In this document: piece by piece, positions 23,236 through 34,655 of the stretch | How positions within the stretch are numbered: the stretch's first letter is position 1 | How the letters are laid out: each line of letters begins with the position of its first letter | Assembly: GCA_950097015.1 (NCBI GenBank) | Contig: CATNEN010000034.1 | Location: forward strand, 1,116,001-1,180,000 | DNA: 64,000 bases | Source of the DNA: Macrostomum hystrix | Taxonomy: Eukaryota; Animalia; Platyhelminthes | Direction of reading: 5' to 3' | Made by a program: the position numbers and the translations under genes | The notes under the pieces: model-generated | Told to the model about the DNA's origin: nothing | What the model saw: only the letters and a program-made list of their open reading frames with translations | Databases searched by the model: none

Positions 23236-25339
23236 GTAGTAACTTTATATCATAATAATTTTAGTTTTCATTATGCCACTTTCAGTAGTTGGTATAGTTT
23301 CCTGTTAGTAAATGTCTTGTTTTTTGTATAAAGTTAAGGAGCGACATTATATTAGAGCTTGTCGCTGAATGCGCTAGGTCGATATGTCAGTCTTGTACTC
23401 CGCGCCTAGACGAGTGGGTAACGCAAGCTAGCTGTGCGCCGGTATCGCATCGTTCATCATTGGTTTGCTAAGAGTTTCGTTCGGCTTTGAATGTCGCGTC
23501 AGTCGCGCCATCGAAATGGCTTGGGGGCCCGATCCCCTTCGGCTTGGAACAGCTGTCGCCGCAGTTTTGTTTCTTTCTTGCTCTATTCTTGCTCCTAAAT
23601 TCGGATGGGAAATCTTCGGCTTGTTGGTCGGGGTTAGGCAAGGCATATTTTTCGAGAGCAAAGGCCAATCCTCTTTATAGATAGCCCTGTGTTGAAAGAG
23701 ATTGGCTTTTTATGCCTGCCTTCACGAGTACAGCTGTTGAATTCTATATGCCACCGAACTGTAAATGTTAAGTCTTTAGCCACCTCTCCGTGCCTACGCA
23801 ACCATAGGGCTGCTGCGCAGTATATCTTATTGACTTGGGTGGCTGTGAAGTGCAACAACGGATTAGCTTACATCGCCTAGAAATTAGAATAGACTAGGCT
23901 GCAGTGCAGACACCAAGGTGGTGTTCAACTCCTTATTGGCTGGCTGTGGCAAAGTAACTTGTTTGTGTATGTGTACATATACTAGCGCCGTTAACAAAAT
24001 TCACAGTTTTGACCACCACCCGATTAGCTTCGACAATGTGTTAATTATTCAAAGAATTTAGTTTTCCATTTGAGCTTGCTTAGTTTGAAAGCAATGCTGG
24101 CCCCAGCTGCGCCAGCCTTTCAACGTCGTAGCAGCCTGCGTCCTAGCGGCAGTCGAAGGAATCTGGCTGCCGCAGCCAACGGTTACGCCGCCCACTCTGG
24201 ACTGGAGGAGACATCGGCTTTGGTGAGGCCGGCTTGCCTAATCTACTTCGAATATTTCAGTCGGATTAATTCACAACGTCCTTATTTAGGCGTTTCAAAA
24301 TACGCCTAATTTTTCCCAGTCATTCGTTAAGTCTGGCAATTTTAAGTCTTCTTTTAGATTTCACCCTAGTTATTCTATCCACAAAAGAAAATTAATCTAG
24401 TTACAGTTAATCTAACCAATTATTAGTAAAGTGAGAGCGACTCCGTTATGCGAAAACATTTTGGGACACTTCTAAGTAATATTGAATAATGAATTTTGAA
24501 TAAAAAGCCTGTGTTTTCGTCAAACGAAGCGGCAATAAATTAAATAGCCAAAAAGCCAAATAGCCAATCACTCCTAAAATTAAAAAACGGTTGCTTTATG
24601 CAATTCCACTACTCTTGAACAGTAGTATTGTCTAAAATCTATCTATAATTTATATTTTACTACTTTGTTTGCAGTAGCGCCTCTTTATTTCGCGGTCTAA
24701 GATAGGACAGCTTAATGCCACTTGTGCAGGTGATTTTTTGTATAATTGACAGTAAAAATGAAGTTTTTTGTACTAACAATATACTTTTTGTCAAATTGGT
24801 ATTTGCTTGCCTTACGAAAATTAGGAGTTTATATATGTAATGTGAGACATGTTGTTGGTATAAATACTTTAGCCAGTCTAGTACTCGCTTGTAGGTGGTT
24901 GCGGCCAAGCGATCGGGGTAACTAACCGGGCTCTCCGTAGCCCCACCTTCACCCCGGGATAAACTCCCCGGACCATCCTCCTCAGAGAGTGAATCTGCTA
25001 AGTCAGACGGCCTTCAGTCAAGCGCCTTGGCTCTTTAACTAGAGTTTAAACGGCGTCGACTGGGCAATGTCAATTTGGCTATTTGCCGACAGTTATCTTG
25101 GCATTATCTTAATGGGGGTCAATGCGTCACCTGCAATTTTTTGATGACATAGTTTGACAAAAGCTTGTAAAAACAATTTTATGACCAAAGTATTTACATT
25201 GATGACTAACTTAAAAACACACCTGATACATTCATTTTTAAAGCAATTTTCGGGCAACATTCCAGCATGTGACAGCACGAAGCTTTACTAGCTTCTGAGC
25301 TCCTCATTCTGCCACCTCTCACTCACACACGCATCGCCA

Positions 25340-27085
25340 ATGAATCCCAACCCGGCTAAGCGGGTCAAGCCGGCCGTTTCGGTGGCTAAACGACTGCGTC
25401 AGGCCGCAACTGCGGCGTCATCCGTTGCTAATACTAACGGGGCCGCGGTGCCCAGGGGCAAGAAAAGGCCAATGCCAGCGCAGCAGCAACAGATCCACAA
25501 AAAAAAATTCACTGCCAAAAAAGCAGAAAAGTCCAAAGCAGCAGAAGAGGAAATCACCAGCGAGTCGGAGGTCGACGAAGATACCACCGCCGTCCCATCG
25601 GAAGGCGTAGCTGACCTAGACGATGACAGCCTGGAAACACCGCAGGAGGCTCGGGTTCGCCTGGCCCAGCGCCTCATCGACGAATTGAAAGCTCGCGAAG
25701 CTGAACGACTGGGTGGCTACGGGGAAGACGACGATGAAGAGGAAGAAGAAGACGACGAAGCATCTGCCGCCATCACCGGCGCGGTCAGCGCCCGACTGCA
25801 GGCGGCAAATCTACGCCGACTCGGTCGCCTACGGACCAGCCTGGCTGAAACTGTTGCACTCGGCCGTTCCGCCGGCGAAAGCGCCGACGTCGGCGTAGAA
25901 CCCGTCGCCGCGGCGAAGAACTGGCACCGGCTGACGGTGACCTGCGCTCAGCTCGGCCAGGACTCGCTGTTCACCGCTGGCAAAGATGGTTCCTTGGCTC
26001 GCTGGTCGCTGGTCGCGTCAGTCGACGGTAACGGCGATAGCGGCCAGCGTCATCTTCGCCGAGTAGCCCATGTGCCCGGCGGCATTCGTCAGCGTCGGCG
26101 TCACGCGTCCAAGTCGAAGCAGCCGCCGCCATCGGCTGGCGACGCCGGCGTCACTCTTCACCGAGCCCATGTGCTGTGCATGGCTCTCAGCGCCGACCAG
26201 ACCCGCCTGGCCACTGGCGACGCCGATGGCCTGATCCTGGTGTGGGAGGCGGCCAGTCTTCGGCTGCTGCACGAATTCCGCGGCCACCGGGCCACTGTAA
26301 CCGCGTTGGCATTTCGACGTCAGGCTTCGACGGGTGCCAAAGTCGGTGGCGGGTTGCATCTGTTCAGTGGGTCGCATGACAAAACAGTGCGTCACTGGGG
26401 CCTGGGCGGCGCACCCGACTGCGGACTGGGCTTCATAGAGGCTCTGTTTGGGCACAGCGCCCCGGTGCTCGGCCTGGACTCGATGCGGCTGGACCGATGC
26501 ATCAGCTGCGGCGGATCAGACAAGTCGCTGCGGCTTTGGAAACTGGCCGAAGAGTCGCAGCTTGTGTTTGAATTGCCGCCTGGCGGTGGGCCGAACAGCT
26601 GCGAATGCGTTGCCATGGTTACGGAGCAACTGTTTGCCAGTGGTCAAGGTGACGGCAGCTTGTGTTTGTGGTCGCTGCAAAAGAAGCGCCCAGTAGCCAA
26701 AGTGACCGAGGCGCACGGCAAGGACCGGTGGGTGACGGCCCTGGCCGCCGTCAAGAACTCCGACCTGCTGGCCAGCGGATCCTGGGACGGCTGGGTTCGG
26801 CTTTGGCGCTTGAAAGGTGGCGCCGATGCGTCCGGACCTCCAGTTGGTATGTCGCTGGCTCCCCTATTCCAGCTGGCCGCGCCGGGTTTTGTCAACCAGC
26901 TGGCCTTCTCGCCGGCGTCAGCCGACGATATGAATGACAACGGCGAGGGCGAGGGCGAAGATGATCTTCGGCTGGCCGCTGCGCTTGGCCAGGAGCACAA
27001 GTGGGGTCGCTGGCTGGTGGACAAGGCGGCCAAGAATTTAGCCCTGGTGTGGTGCCTGTCCCGGCCTGCTGCTGATTCGGTCTGA
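25340..27085 (+). CDS. RRP9: U3 snoRNP-associated WD40 protein RRP9 / U3-55K, 581 aa, single exon
   Basis: ETPQEARVRLAQRLIDEL, GHRATVTALAFR, LFSGSHDKTVRHW, FIEALFGH, GGSDKSLRLWKLAEESQLVF and ALGQEHKWGRW are characteristic RRP9 motifs. Confidence 0.95.
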   Translation: MNPNPAKRVKPAVSVAKRLRQAATAASSVANTNGAAVPRGKKRPMPAQQQQIHKKKFTAKKAEKSKAAEEEITSESEVDEDTTAVPSEGVADLDDDSLETPQEARVRLAQRLIDELKAREAERLGGYGEDDDEEEEEDDEASAAITGAVSARLQAANLRRLGRLRTSLAETVALGRSAGESADVGVEPVAAAKNWHRLTVTCAQLGQDSLFTAGKDGSLARWSLVASVDGNGDSGQRHLRRVAHVPGGIRQRRRHASKSKQPPPSAGDAGVTLHRAHVLCMALSADQTRLATGDADGLILVWEAASLRLLHEFRGHRATVTALAFRRQASTGAKVGGGLHLFSGSHDKTVRHWGLGGAPDCGLGFIEALFGHSAPVLGLDSMRLDRCISCGGSDKSLRLWKLAEESQLVFELPPGGGPNSCECVAMVTEQLFASGQGDGSLCLWSLQKKRPVAKVTEAHGKDRWVTALAAVKNSDLLASGSWDGWVRLWRLKGGADASGPPVGMSLAPLFQLAAPGFVNQLAFSPASADDMNDNGEGEGEDDLRLAAALGQEHKWGRWLVDKAAKNLALVWCLSRPAADSV

Positions 27086-28012
27086 CACACTTTCTCTTCA
27101 ACAAGTTGCTCGTCATTTGCCGTCTGCTTGTGTTCATTTGTTTCCGGGCATTTTAATTTTTTTTCGACACTAATCCGCGCAGATTGACCAGCTAATACAT
27201 TCATCATGCTGCTTTGTCCTCCCGGCATTTCTCTATTGTTAGTTTAGTCCAATTATAAAGACTGAAAATAAAGAATGTGATGTTGTGGCCAGGCCTTCTC
27301 GATTCAATGCCTTCTTTGTTAAGAAACGAATAATCAACGAAGTTGCCTTGCCTTCCAACTTTTTATTTCCTGACTCACAGAAGAGCATTAAAAGCATCAC
27401 ACACTTATAGGCCATATATTCCACCTCTAAATATTGCCCCTATAAGATATTTTTTCTCTTGCTCAACGTCAATGGCTTCAGCGTTCTAATATATTACCTT
27501 CCTAACCATTTTTCTTTTCGCTTCCATAGTATAGTACCTGTAGTATAGGTTCCTCATCATTTCGCTCTGTGTGTCAGTTCGCCCAACTTAGCCAATTAAT
27601 TGGTTAACTGTCCGATATAACTGGCCTGGTGTTGTATGTGCTTGATCAATGCTGGCCATCGTTGTTACAACTTTTCCTATTCCCCTAGCAACCCAGTTAA
27701 CTTAAAAAGTACCTCGTACGTGAAAAATCTTGCTACTTACTCACTCACAATTTGGTTAGTAGTCGATCAAGTATTTTAAGTGCATCAAATGAGATATATT
27801 GAAAAAATCTCTTATACGCAATGGGGAATGGTTTGCGGGCCTATCGAATTGGGAATTGGCTTGAAGCTCTTCTCGGTGCCTCTTGGTATTGGTCGAAACC
27901 TTTTTACATGCTTGATTCTTGAAGGTTCTTAGAGGAGCCCCAGATGTGTTCGTCGCGCAGCTAGCCCTTCTCGACTTTGTATTTTCTCATTCACGAAGCG
28001 AGCACATCAGTC

Positions 28013-31000
28013 ATGGACGCTCGACGGATGACCGTTTTCGATATCACTCGCGGCATGGACGAATTCAAGCAGGCCTTTGAGGACAGATACGCGGTAGGCC
28101 AGTGGTACACTACACGTATCTTTACTTATCATGAGCAGCGGAAGTTGATGCGCCTGTAAACACACCTGGAATTGGTGTCCGGCTCCGCATCTTAATTTAA
28201 GTGGCAGTTTCAAATAGAATCCTGCCCCTTAAAGATGCGTCACAGCGGCATTCAAGAACCTCTGGCGAGAATGCATTTGTCTTTAGTCAAGCCAGTTGCT
28301 GCCTGAAAGGAAAAACTGCTTTTTGTTTAAGCTGCCAGGGCCATTCTTCAGGACATGATACGAGCTTGACAGCTGATGAAGAATTGTCTAATCTAGTTAG
28401 TTGGTCAGCTAGGCGAAGGATTGCGACGTCTGTTGCTGACACGGTACTTGCGCCTGCAGCATCTTCAGTTGCAATTTCTTGGCGCTGTTACTCGCAATCT
28501 CGCCGCACAGAGATGCGTACAATGTGTTAGCCAATATGGCACGGAATGCAAGCGGGGAGGATGGCCTGCCCATTGTGGCGTTCCATCATGCCGGTCACAG
28601 AGCTTTTGCTATACAACAAGCTGACTAACGCCTGTCTGTCTGCACCCTTAAACTGTTAGTGCATCCCAAGGAATAATAGACTCCGGGATGGGGCTATCAT
28701 GCGTATCCCTGTGTACGTGTTGTCTGCTACAAGATTGCTTATCGAGTGTGCCACGGTACATTGTGTCTTATTATACTCTATATGTGTTATTGGATTCTAC
28801 GTTCGAACGAATTCATTTATCTAATTGTCCTCAGAGTCCCAGCGCCACACCAAGCAGTGAACTCGATTTATCGACCCTCTCAGGCTGCTGACGGCACTCG
28901 CACCATAGGAAAACTTATCAAATCAATCAATCTGCAACCCGTGCATTATTGAACAGCATGAATTTGTCACTCTATTCAACTTAATACTAGTACAAAACCT
29001 TGAGTTGTGAGTCGTCTGTGTCGTCTCGTCGGAGTGACTCTAGTTCTTAGATAGCAAAACAGACTGTCGTTAAAAATGAACTAAAAATGTGCATCCCTAG
29101 GCTTTAAACAACTACAATAATAAAAAGCCATCATCATCATCGTTGACAGGCAATGACGCGTTGCGTTGGCACGGGGTGTACATCTGTACTGACCTCATCG
29201 CCAGTTTACATTCTCACTGTGCCTTGGGGATCGGCTCTTATAGAAGTAAATTTATGTGAGTCCCACAAATTGGTCTACAAGCTCCCCTTGTCCCTAACGG
29301 CAAGTATAAACTCGATAAACTTGTTAAGAAGCGTGTCATGCATTCTGTATCTGGCCCAACTCAACGCGCAGAGCAACTACAGTTTCAACGATCTGCCAAG
29401 CAAGCTGGCGCTGCGCGTGTTCAGCTACTTGACCCACCCGGAGCTGTGCCGGGTCTGCCAGGTGTGCAGCCAGGTGGCGCGAGCTGGCCTACACGAATTC
29501 CCTGTGGAAGAATGTTCGCCTGAGGCCAGAGTACGGAGGCCTGGCTGTGTGCAATGTCAGCCAGTTCACTGAGCTGATCGGGTCTCGGTTCTCAGGCGGA
29601 ATGCGCAGCATCGAGCTGCCCTGCGAGCTCATCATTGTGCCAGTGCTGGAGGAGCTGGCCCGCCAGTGCGTCAACCTGCGCTGCATGACCCTGGACTTCA
29701 GCAAGGCCATGCAGCTGCACGACTACACTGACCTGGTGGACTTCCCGGCCAATCTTGAGAACCTCTGCGTTTGCCTGAGCGATGTCATCTTCATGGAGGG
29801 CCTGATGCGCAAGATTTATCACTGCCTGTCCAGCATCCAGGTGCTGCATCTCATCGGTCAGTCCGTCACCTCACTGTCAGTCTGCAATCTCACTGTCAGT
29901 CTGCAATCTCACTGTCAGTCTGCAATCTCACTGTCAGTCTGCAATCTCACTGTCAGTCTGCAATCTCACTGTCAGTCTGCAATCTCACTGTCAGTCTGCA
30001 ATCTCACTGTCAGTCTGTAATCTCACTGTCAGTCTGCAATCTCACTGTCAGTCTGTAATCTCACTGTCAGTCTGCAATCTCACTGTCAGACTGTAATCTT
30101 ACTGTCAGTCTGTCATCTTGATGTATCAGCCTGTCACGTCACTGTATCAGCCTGTCACCTCACTGTCTGCCTGTCACCTCACTGTATCAGTCTGTCACCT
30201 CACTGTATCAGCCTGTCACCTCACTGTATCAGCCTGTCACCTCACTGTATCAGCCTGTCACCTCACTGTCTGCCTGTCACCTCACTGTATCAGTCTGTCA
30301 CCTCACTGTATCAGTCTGTCACCTCACTGTATCAGTCTGGCACCTCACTGTCTGCCTGTCACCTCACTGTATCAGCCTGTCACCTCACTGTACCAGCCTG
30401 TCACCTCACTGTATCAGTCTGTCACCTCACTGTATCAGCCTGTCACCTCTGCACATCTCGGTCAACCTCACCTTCAACGTCTGTAAGTCTGACACCCAAA
30501 GCCAACAGAATTCCTCAATGAGACCCTGAGCATCGTCTCAAATACCGACAGGCACATTTGAGCAGAGCACCGAGGAGGAGGAAGAAATCTACGAGGTGAT
30601 CAACATCAGCAAGATCAAGGCGCACACGCCCAACCTCCGAGTTGTGAACCTGTACGGGGTGATGTTCGTGGACGACACCCACGTGGAGCTGCTGTCCTAC
30701 AATTGCGTTCATCTGGAGTGCGTGGCGCTCAACTTCTGCATCAAAGTCACGGGATCCTCGCTGAAGGTGCTGCTGGAGAAGTGCAGGAAGATCAAGACTC
30801 TGCTGCTGCACCACTGTGGTAAGCGTTGCCGAAATAACTATGCTCAGGAGTTCCTCGTCATCTAATTAGTGAATTTGCTGCAATGGCAATCTCATTCTCA
30901 TTCGACCCCCCACCGGCCAGACCTGAGAGATGAGCACATGATGGCCGTCGACTGGGCCGCCACCCACGTCAGCGAGCTGGACATCACCTCAACAGAGCTG

Positions 31001-33714
31001 TCCTCCGCCTGTCTGGACAATGTCCTTGGCCGCATCGCCGGATTTCAATACCTGGCGGTCGGCTATTGCGACTTCTTCACGGACTCGGTGCGTATGCAGC
31101 CTCCCACAATGACCCACTCAGCTCTGATCCCATAATAAGAAGAATAAGGCACATTATTTGGTGGCACTAGACCCGCAGCCAGCGAGGAGGCAATTCTGCC
31201 CATTTCGTTGACTCCTGAGTACACACGCACACAGATACTGTACGCAGGCACACGCTCACACAGGTGTGTACATCTGCCCTGACTTTCGCAGTGTACACTG
31301 TCACTGTGCCTTGGAGGTTGGCCCTCAATGGCGTAAATGGCATGACAAGCCCCGAAGACTTTTCTTCCCGGCTGCGCCCCAAATAAATGTGGCCTCGCCG
31401 CAGAATCGAGCTCAGGGACCTTGGTGCGAGAGGCAAACGCTCAAAGGGATCAGAGCCAACCACCCCCGCTCCGATCCCATACAATTCCTGACCCACTCTG
31501 CTCTGCTGTGATCCCATATCACCTGTCCTGACCCACTCTGCTCTGCTGTGATCCCATATCACCTGTCCTGACCCACTCTGCTCTGCTGTGATCCCATATG
31601 ACCTGTCCTGATCCACTCTGCTCTGCTGTGATCCCATATCACCTGTCCTGACCCACTCTGCTCTGCTGTGATCCCATATGACCTGTCCTGACCCACTCTG
31701 CTCTGCTGTGATCCCATATCACCTGTCCTGACCCACTCTGACCTACTATGACCTGCTGTCCTGGCCCAATTCTCGCGCCACCAGATACTTGACCGGCTAA
31801 TGCAGAAGGGCAGCTTCCGAGAGCTGCGGGCCATAGACATCAGCTACACGGCCAGTCTGAGCGAGGCCGCCATTGGTCGCTTCCTCCGACGCTGCGGGCC
31901 CCAGCTGTGCGGCCTCATGCTGCACGGCAAGCCTCTGCTAAACGAGTTCTTCTGGACTGCCAACATCCCACTGCTCAAGAACCTGCGGTAAGGCCGGCTG
32001 ACCTGCATGCCGATGGGGAAAAGAGTGGGTGAGGCTGCAGATGGGGAAGAGATTGGGTGAGGCTGCAGATGGAGAAGAGAGTGGGTGAGGCTGCAGATGG
32101 GGAAGAGGCTGAGGGTGAGGCTGCAGATGGGGAAGAGAGTGGGTGATCTGCAGATGGGGAAGAGAGTGGGTGAGGCTGCAGATGGGGAAGAGAGTGGGTG
32201 AGGCTGCAGATAGGGAAGAGAGTGTGTGAGGCTGCAGATGGGGAAGAGAGTGGGTGATCTGCAGATGGGGAAGAGAGTGGGTGAGGCTGCAGATGGGGAA
32301 GAGAGTGGGTGATCTGCAGATGGGGAAGAGAGTGGGTGATCTGCAGATGGGGAAGAGAGTGGGTGATCTGCAGATGGGGAAGAGAGTGGGTGATCTGCAG
32401 ATGGGGAAGAGAGTGGGTGATCTGCAGATGGGGAAGAGAGTGGGTGATCTGCAGATGGGGAAGAGAGTGTGTGAGGCTGTAGATAGCTGTAGACCAGTAG
32501 GAATATCGGAAAACTTCTATGATGTCAATTTTTTCAAAATCTAAATCGATTTTTCAGAATTTGCACTCTCGGCCAGCGAGACGGCTGGTACTTTGAGCTG
32601 AACACAAAAGTTCACATCGACCAGGTGATCAACGCGTTCGCTTGCAATTGTCAAAGATTGGAGCGACTGGAGATCCAGTGGGATGTCACGACAATTCGAT
32701 TCAGCCATAAGAGCGGAAAATTTATCGACGATATTCGGTGAGTCTTTAATAGAAATTCTTAGGATTCCTATAGTCTTATAATTTTCCTGCGTTCGAAGGT
32801 CACTGTTTCGGGTTTCTGATTTCCCAAGGTCGTTGGCTCAGATTTTTAATTCCTCAAGTTCGGTGTGTCGGGTTCCCGATCCCCTAAGGTCACTGGGTCG
32901 GGTTTCCCATTCCCCAAGGTCAGAGGGTCGTGTTTCCGATCCCTCAAGGTCAAAGGGTCGTGTTTCCGATTCCCCAAGGTCACAGGTCGGATTTCCGATT
33001 CTCCAAGGTCACTGGGTCGTGTTTCCGATTCCTCAAGGTCACAGGGTCGAGTTTCCGATTCCCTAAGGTCACAGGGTCGTGTTTCCGATTCCATAAGGTC
33101 ACTGGGTCGTGTTTCCGATTCCTCAAGGTCACAGGGTCGAGTTTCCGATTCCCCAAGGTCACAGGTCGGATTTCCGATTCTCCAAGGTCACTGGGTCGTG
33201 TTTCCGATTCCTCAAGGTCACAGGGTCGAGTTTCCGATTCCCTAAGGTCACAGGGTCGAGTTTCCGATTCCCTAAGGTCACATGGTCGGGTTTCCTATCC
33301 CCCAAGGTCACTGGGTCGTGCTTCCGATTCCTCAAGGTCACAGGGTCGGGTTTCCTATCCCCCAAGGTCACTGGGTCGTGTTTCCGATTCCCCAAGGTCA
33401 CAGAGTCGGGTTTTCGACTGTCAATTTTTCCAGGCCACTGAGGTAAGCGTGGGACTCCAGAACATCAGTATAGAAAATTTTTTGTTTTGCGAATTCCTTC
33501 CCAAAGAAAAAGCATGGAAAATTCCGATTTCACTGCGGTCAGGAGCAAGTGTCCGATGCTGAAATCCCTAACCCTGGCCGACTGCGAGTACTACGAGATG
33601 GCCAACTCGAACTTCGAGCGGGCCCACCGCAACAGGGTCGTGCGGACTTTCAGCCGCTACGCTACCAGCATCACAGAGCTGCTGAGCTGCTATCGCGACC
33701 TGCTGTTCAACTGA
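28013..33714 (+). CDS. F-box/leucine-rich-repeat protein; exons 28013-28093 (tentative), 29372-29856, 30552-30818, 30921-31087, 31785-31987, 32558-32737, 33543-33714; one extra base near 29471
   Basis: F-box FNDLPSKLALRVFSYLTHPELCRVCQVCS, then RWRELAYTNSLWKNV in the +1 frame; LRR-like segments (LRVVNLYGV, LECVALNFC, LRAIDISY). All junctions GT-AG and phase-consistent; total 1554 nt after removing the extra base. Confidence 0.85.
29857..30450. repeat. 19-bp (GTCAGTCTGCAATCTCACT)n array grading into a 19/21-bp variant array
   Basis: First unit begins exactly at the intron donor GT (29857). Confidence 0.95.
31150..31470 (-). mobile_element. tRNA-derived SINE, copy B (A-box region altered)
   Basis: Colinear with copies A and C; B-box GAGCTCGATTC; sits in an F-box gene intron next to a 40-bp array. 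Confidence 0.82.
31485..31745. repeat. 40-bp intronic minisatellite
   Basis: Unit ACCTGTCCTGACCCACTCTGCTCTGCTGTGATCCCATATC, about 6 copies. Confidence 0.95.
32010..32480. repeat. 27/28-bp purine-rich intronic minisatellite
   Basis: Unit GAGAGTGGGTGATCTGCAGATGGGGAA, about 17 copies. Confidence 0.95.
32795..33420. repeat. 30-bp intronic minisatellite
   Basis: Unit GGGTCGTGTTTCCGATTCCCCAAGGTCACA, about 20 copies. Confidence 0.95.
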
Positions 33715-34655
33715 GCCCACAGCTCGGCAGCTAGCATTGCTTCGGAGTTTTTATAACTATCTTTTTAACATAGAGATAAGCAATTCTTGCTAGAAAATAA
33801 CTACCTTGAGGACTTAAAAAGCTAGATTTTCTTCGGAATGAAATTGTCGCATGTTATGCTTTTCCAAGAAAATTGTAACCTTGAAACTTTGACATAAAAG
33901 TTCGCCTTGCTCGGGTCATAACTCACTTAATGATATAATTGACTCTTACACTTAATAATTATCATAGTCAAAATCTCACTCCTCAGTTCATTATTCTCGT
34001 CACAGTCTCACTCCTCAGTCGAAGCTCATTTCTACTCGATGCCTACTTAAAGTAGCTATAGTTGTTTTTTAACTAAAAAATCATATTTTAGTGCCACTTC
34101 ACCTTTTAAGATAGTGAAATATTTAGGAATTTTGCTTGATTTGCTCTACGGTTTTACAAAATACTATTAGTATTTTTTCACTTTAAGGTGTGTCTTTTAA
34201 AAAATAAACTATGAATTCAAAATAAAATACTGGTATACAATGTAGTTCTAATGGCCCTTTGACACAAGGGTCGAACCGAACAATGCCTGGCTGGGTACTT
34301 TTATTTTTATTTGTTCGCAACTCGAGGCGTCCCCCGTGAGAGAACAATAGGAATTAGCCAGAAAATCACGGACCACAAATCAGTTCTGAGTAAGGGAACA
34401 ACATTAAATAACAGCAGAAGCAGATCACATGACTAGAGGGCGGCAGTTTAACGGGTGGAACCAATGCAACGGAATCGACAGCCTAACAAAATGTTCATAC
34501 ACTAATTCAATAGTAATTTACAACTAAATTGGCTGTCATTTGATTTGATTCGCTAGGCCACAGGTGAGACGCACACGCGCGCACAATGAGAGCAACAGGT
34601 GAGTGAATTGCGCGTACATGAAGATTAGCCGAGTCTGTCACCGTAGGCAGGCGGG

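Noticed and set aside
23400-24310. Moderately GC-rich patches with 65-80-aa ORFs
   Set aside because: No family match and no coherent exon chain; could be relic or non-coding transcript, not supportable.
24890-25060. U3 snoRNA, SRP RNA or HDV-like ribozyme next to RRP9
   Set aside because: U3 box A and canonical C/D boxes are absent; SRP similarity is only a few short words; the HDV P2/P3 pairings could not be formed. Kept only as an unexplained structured element.
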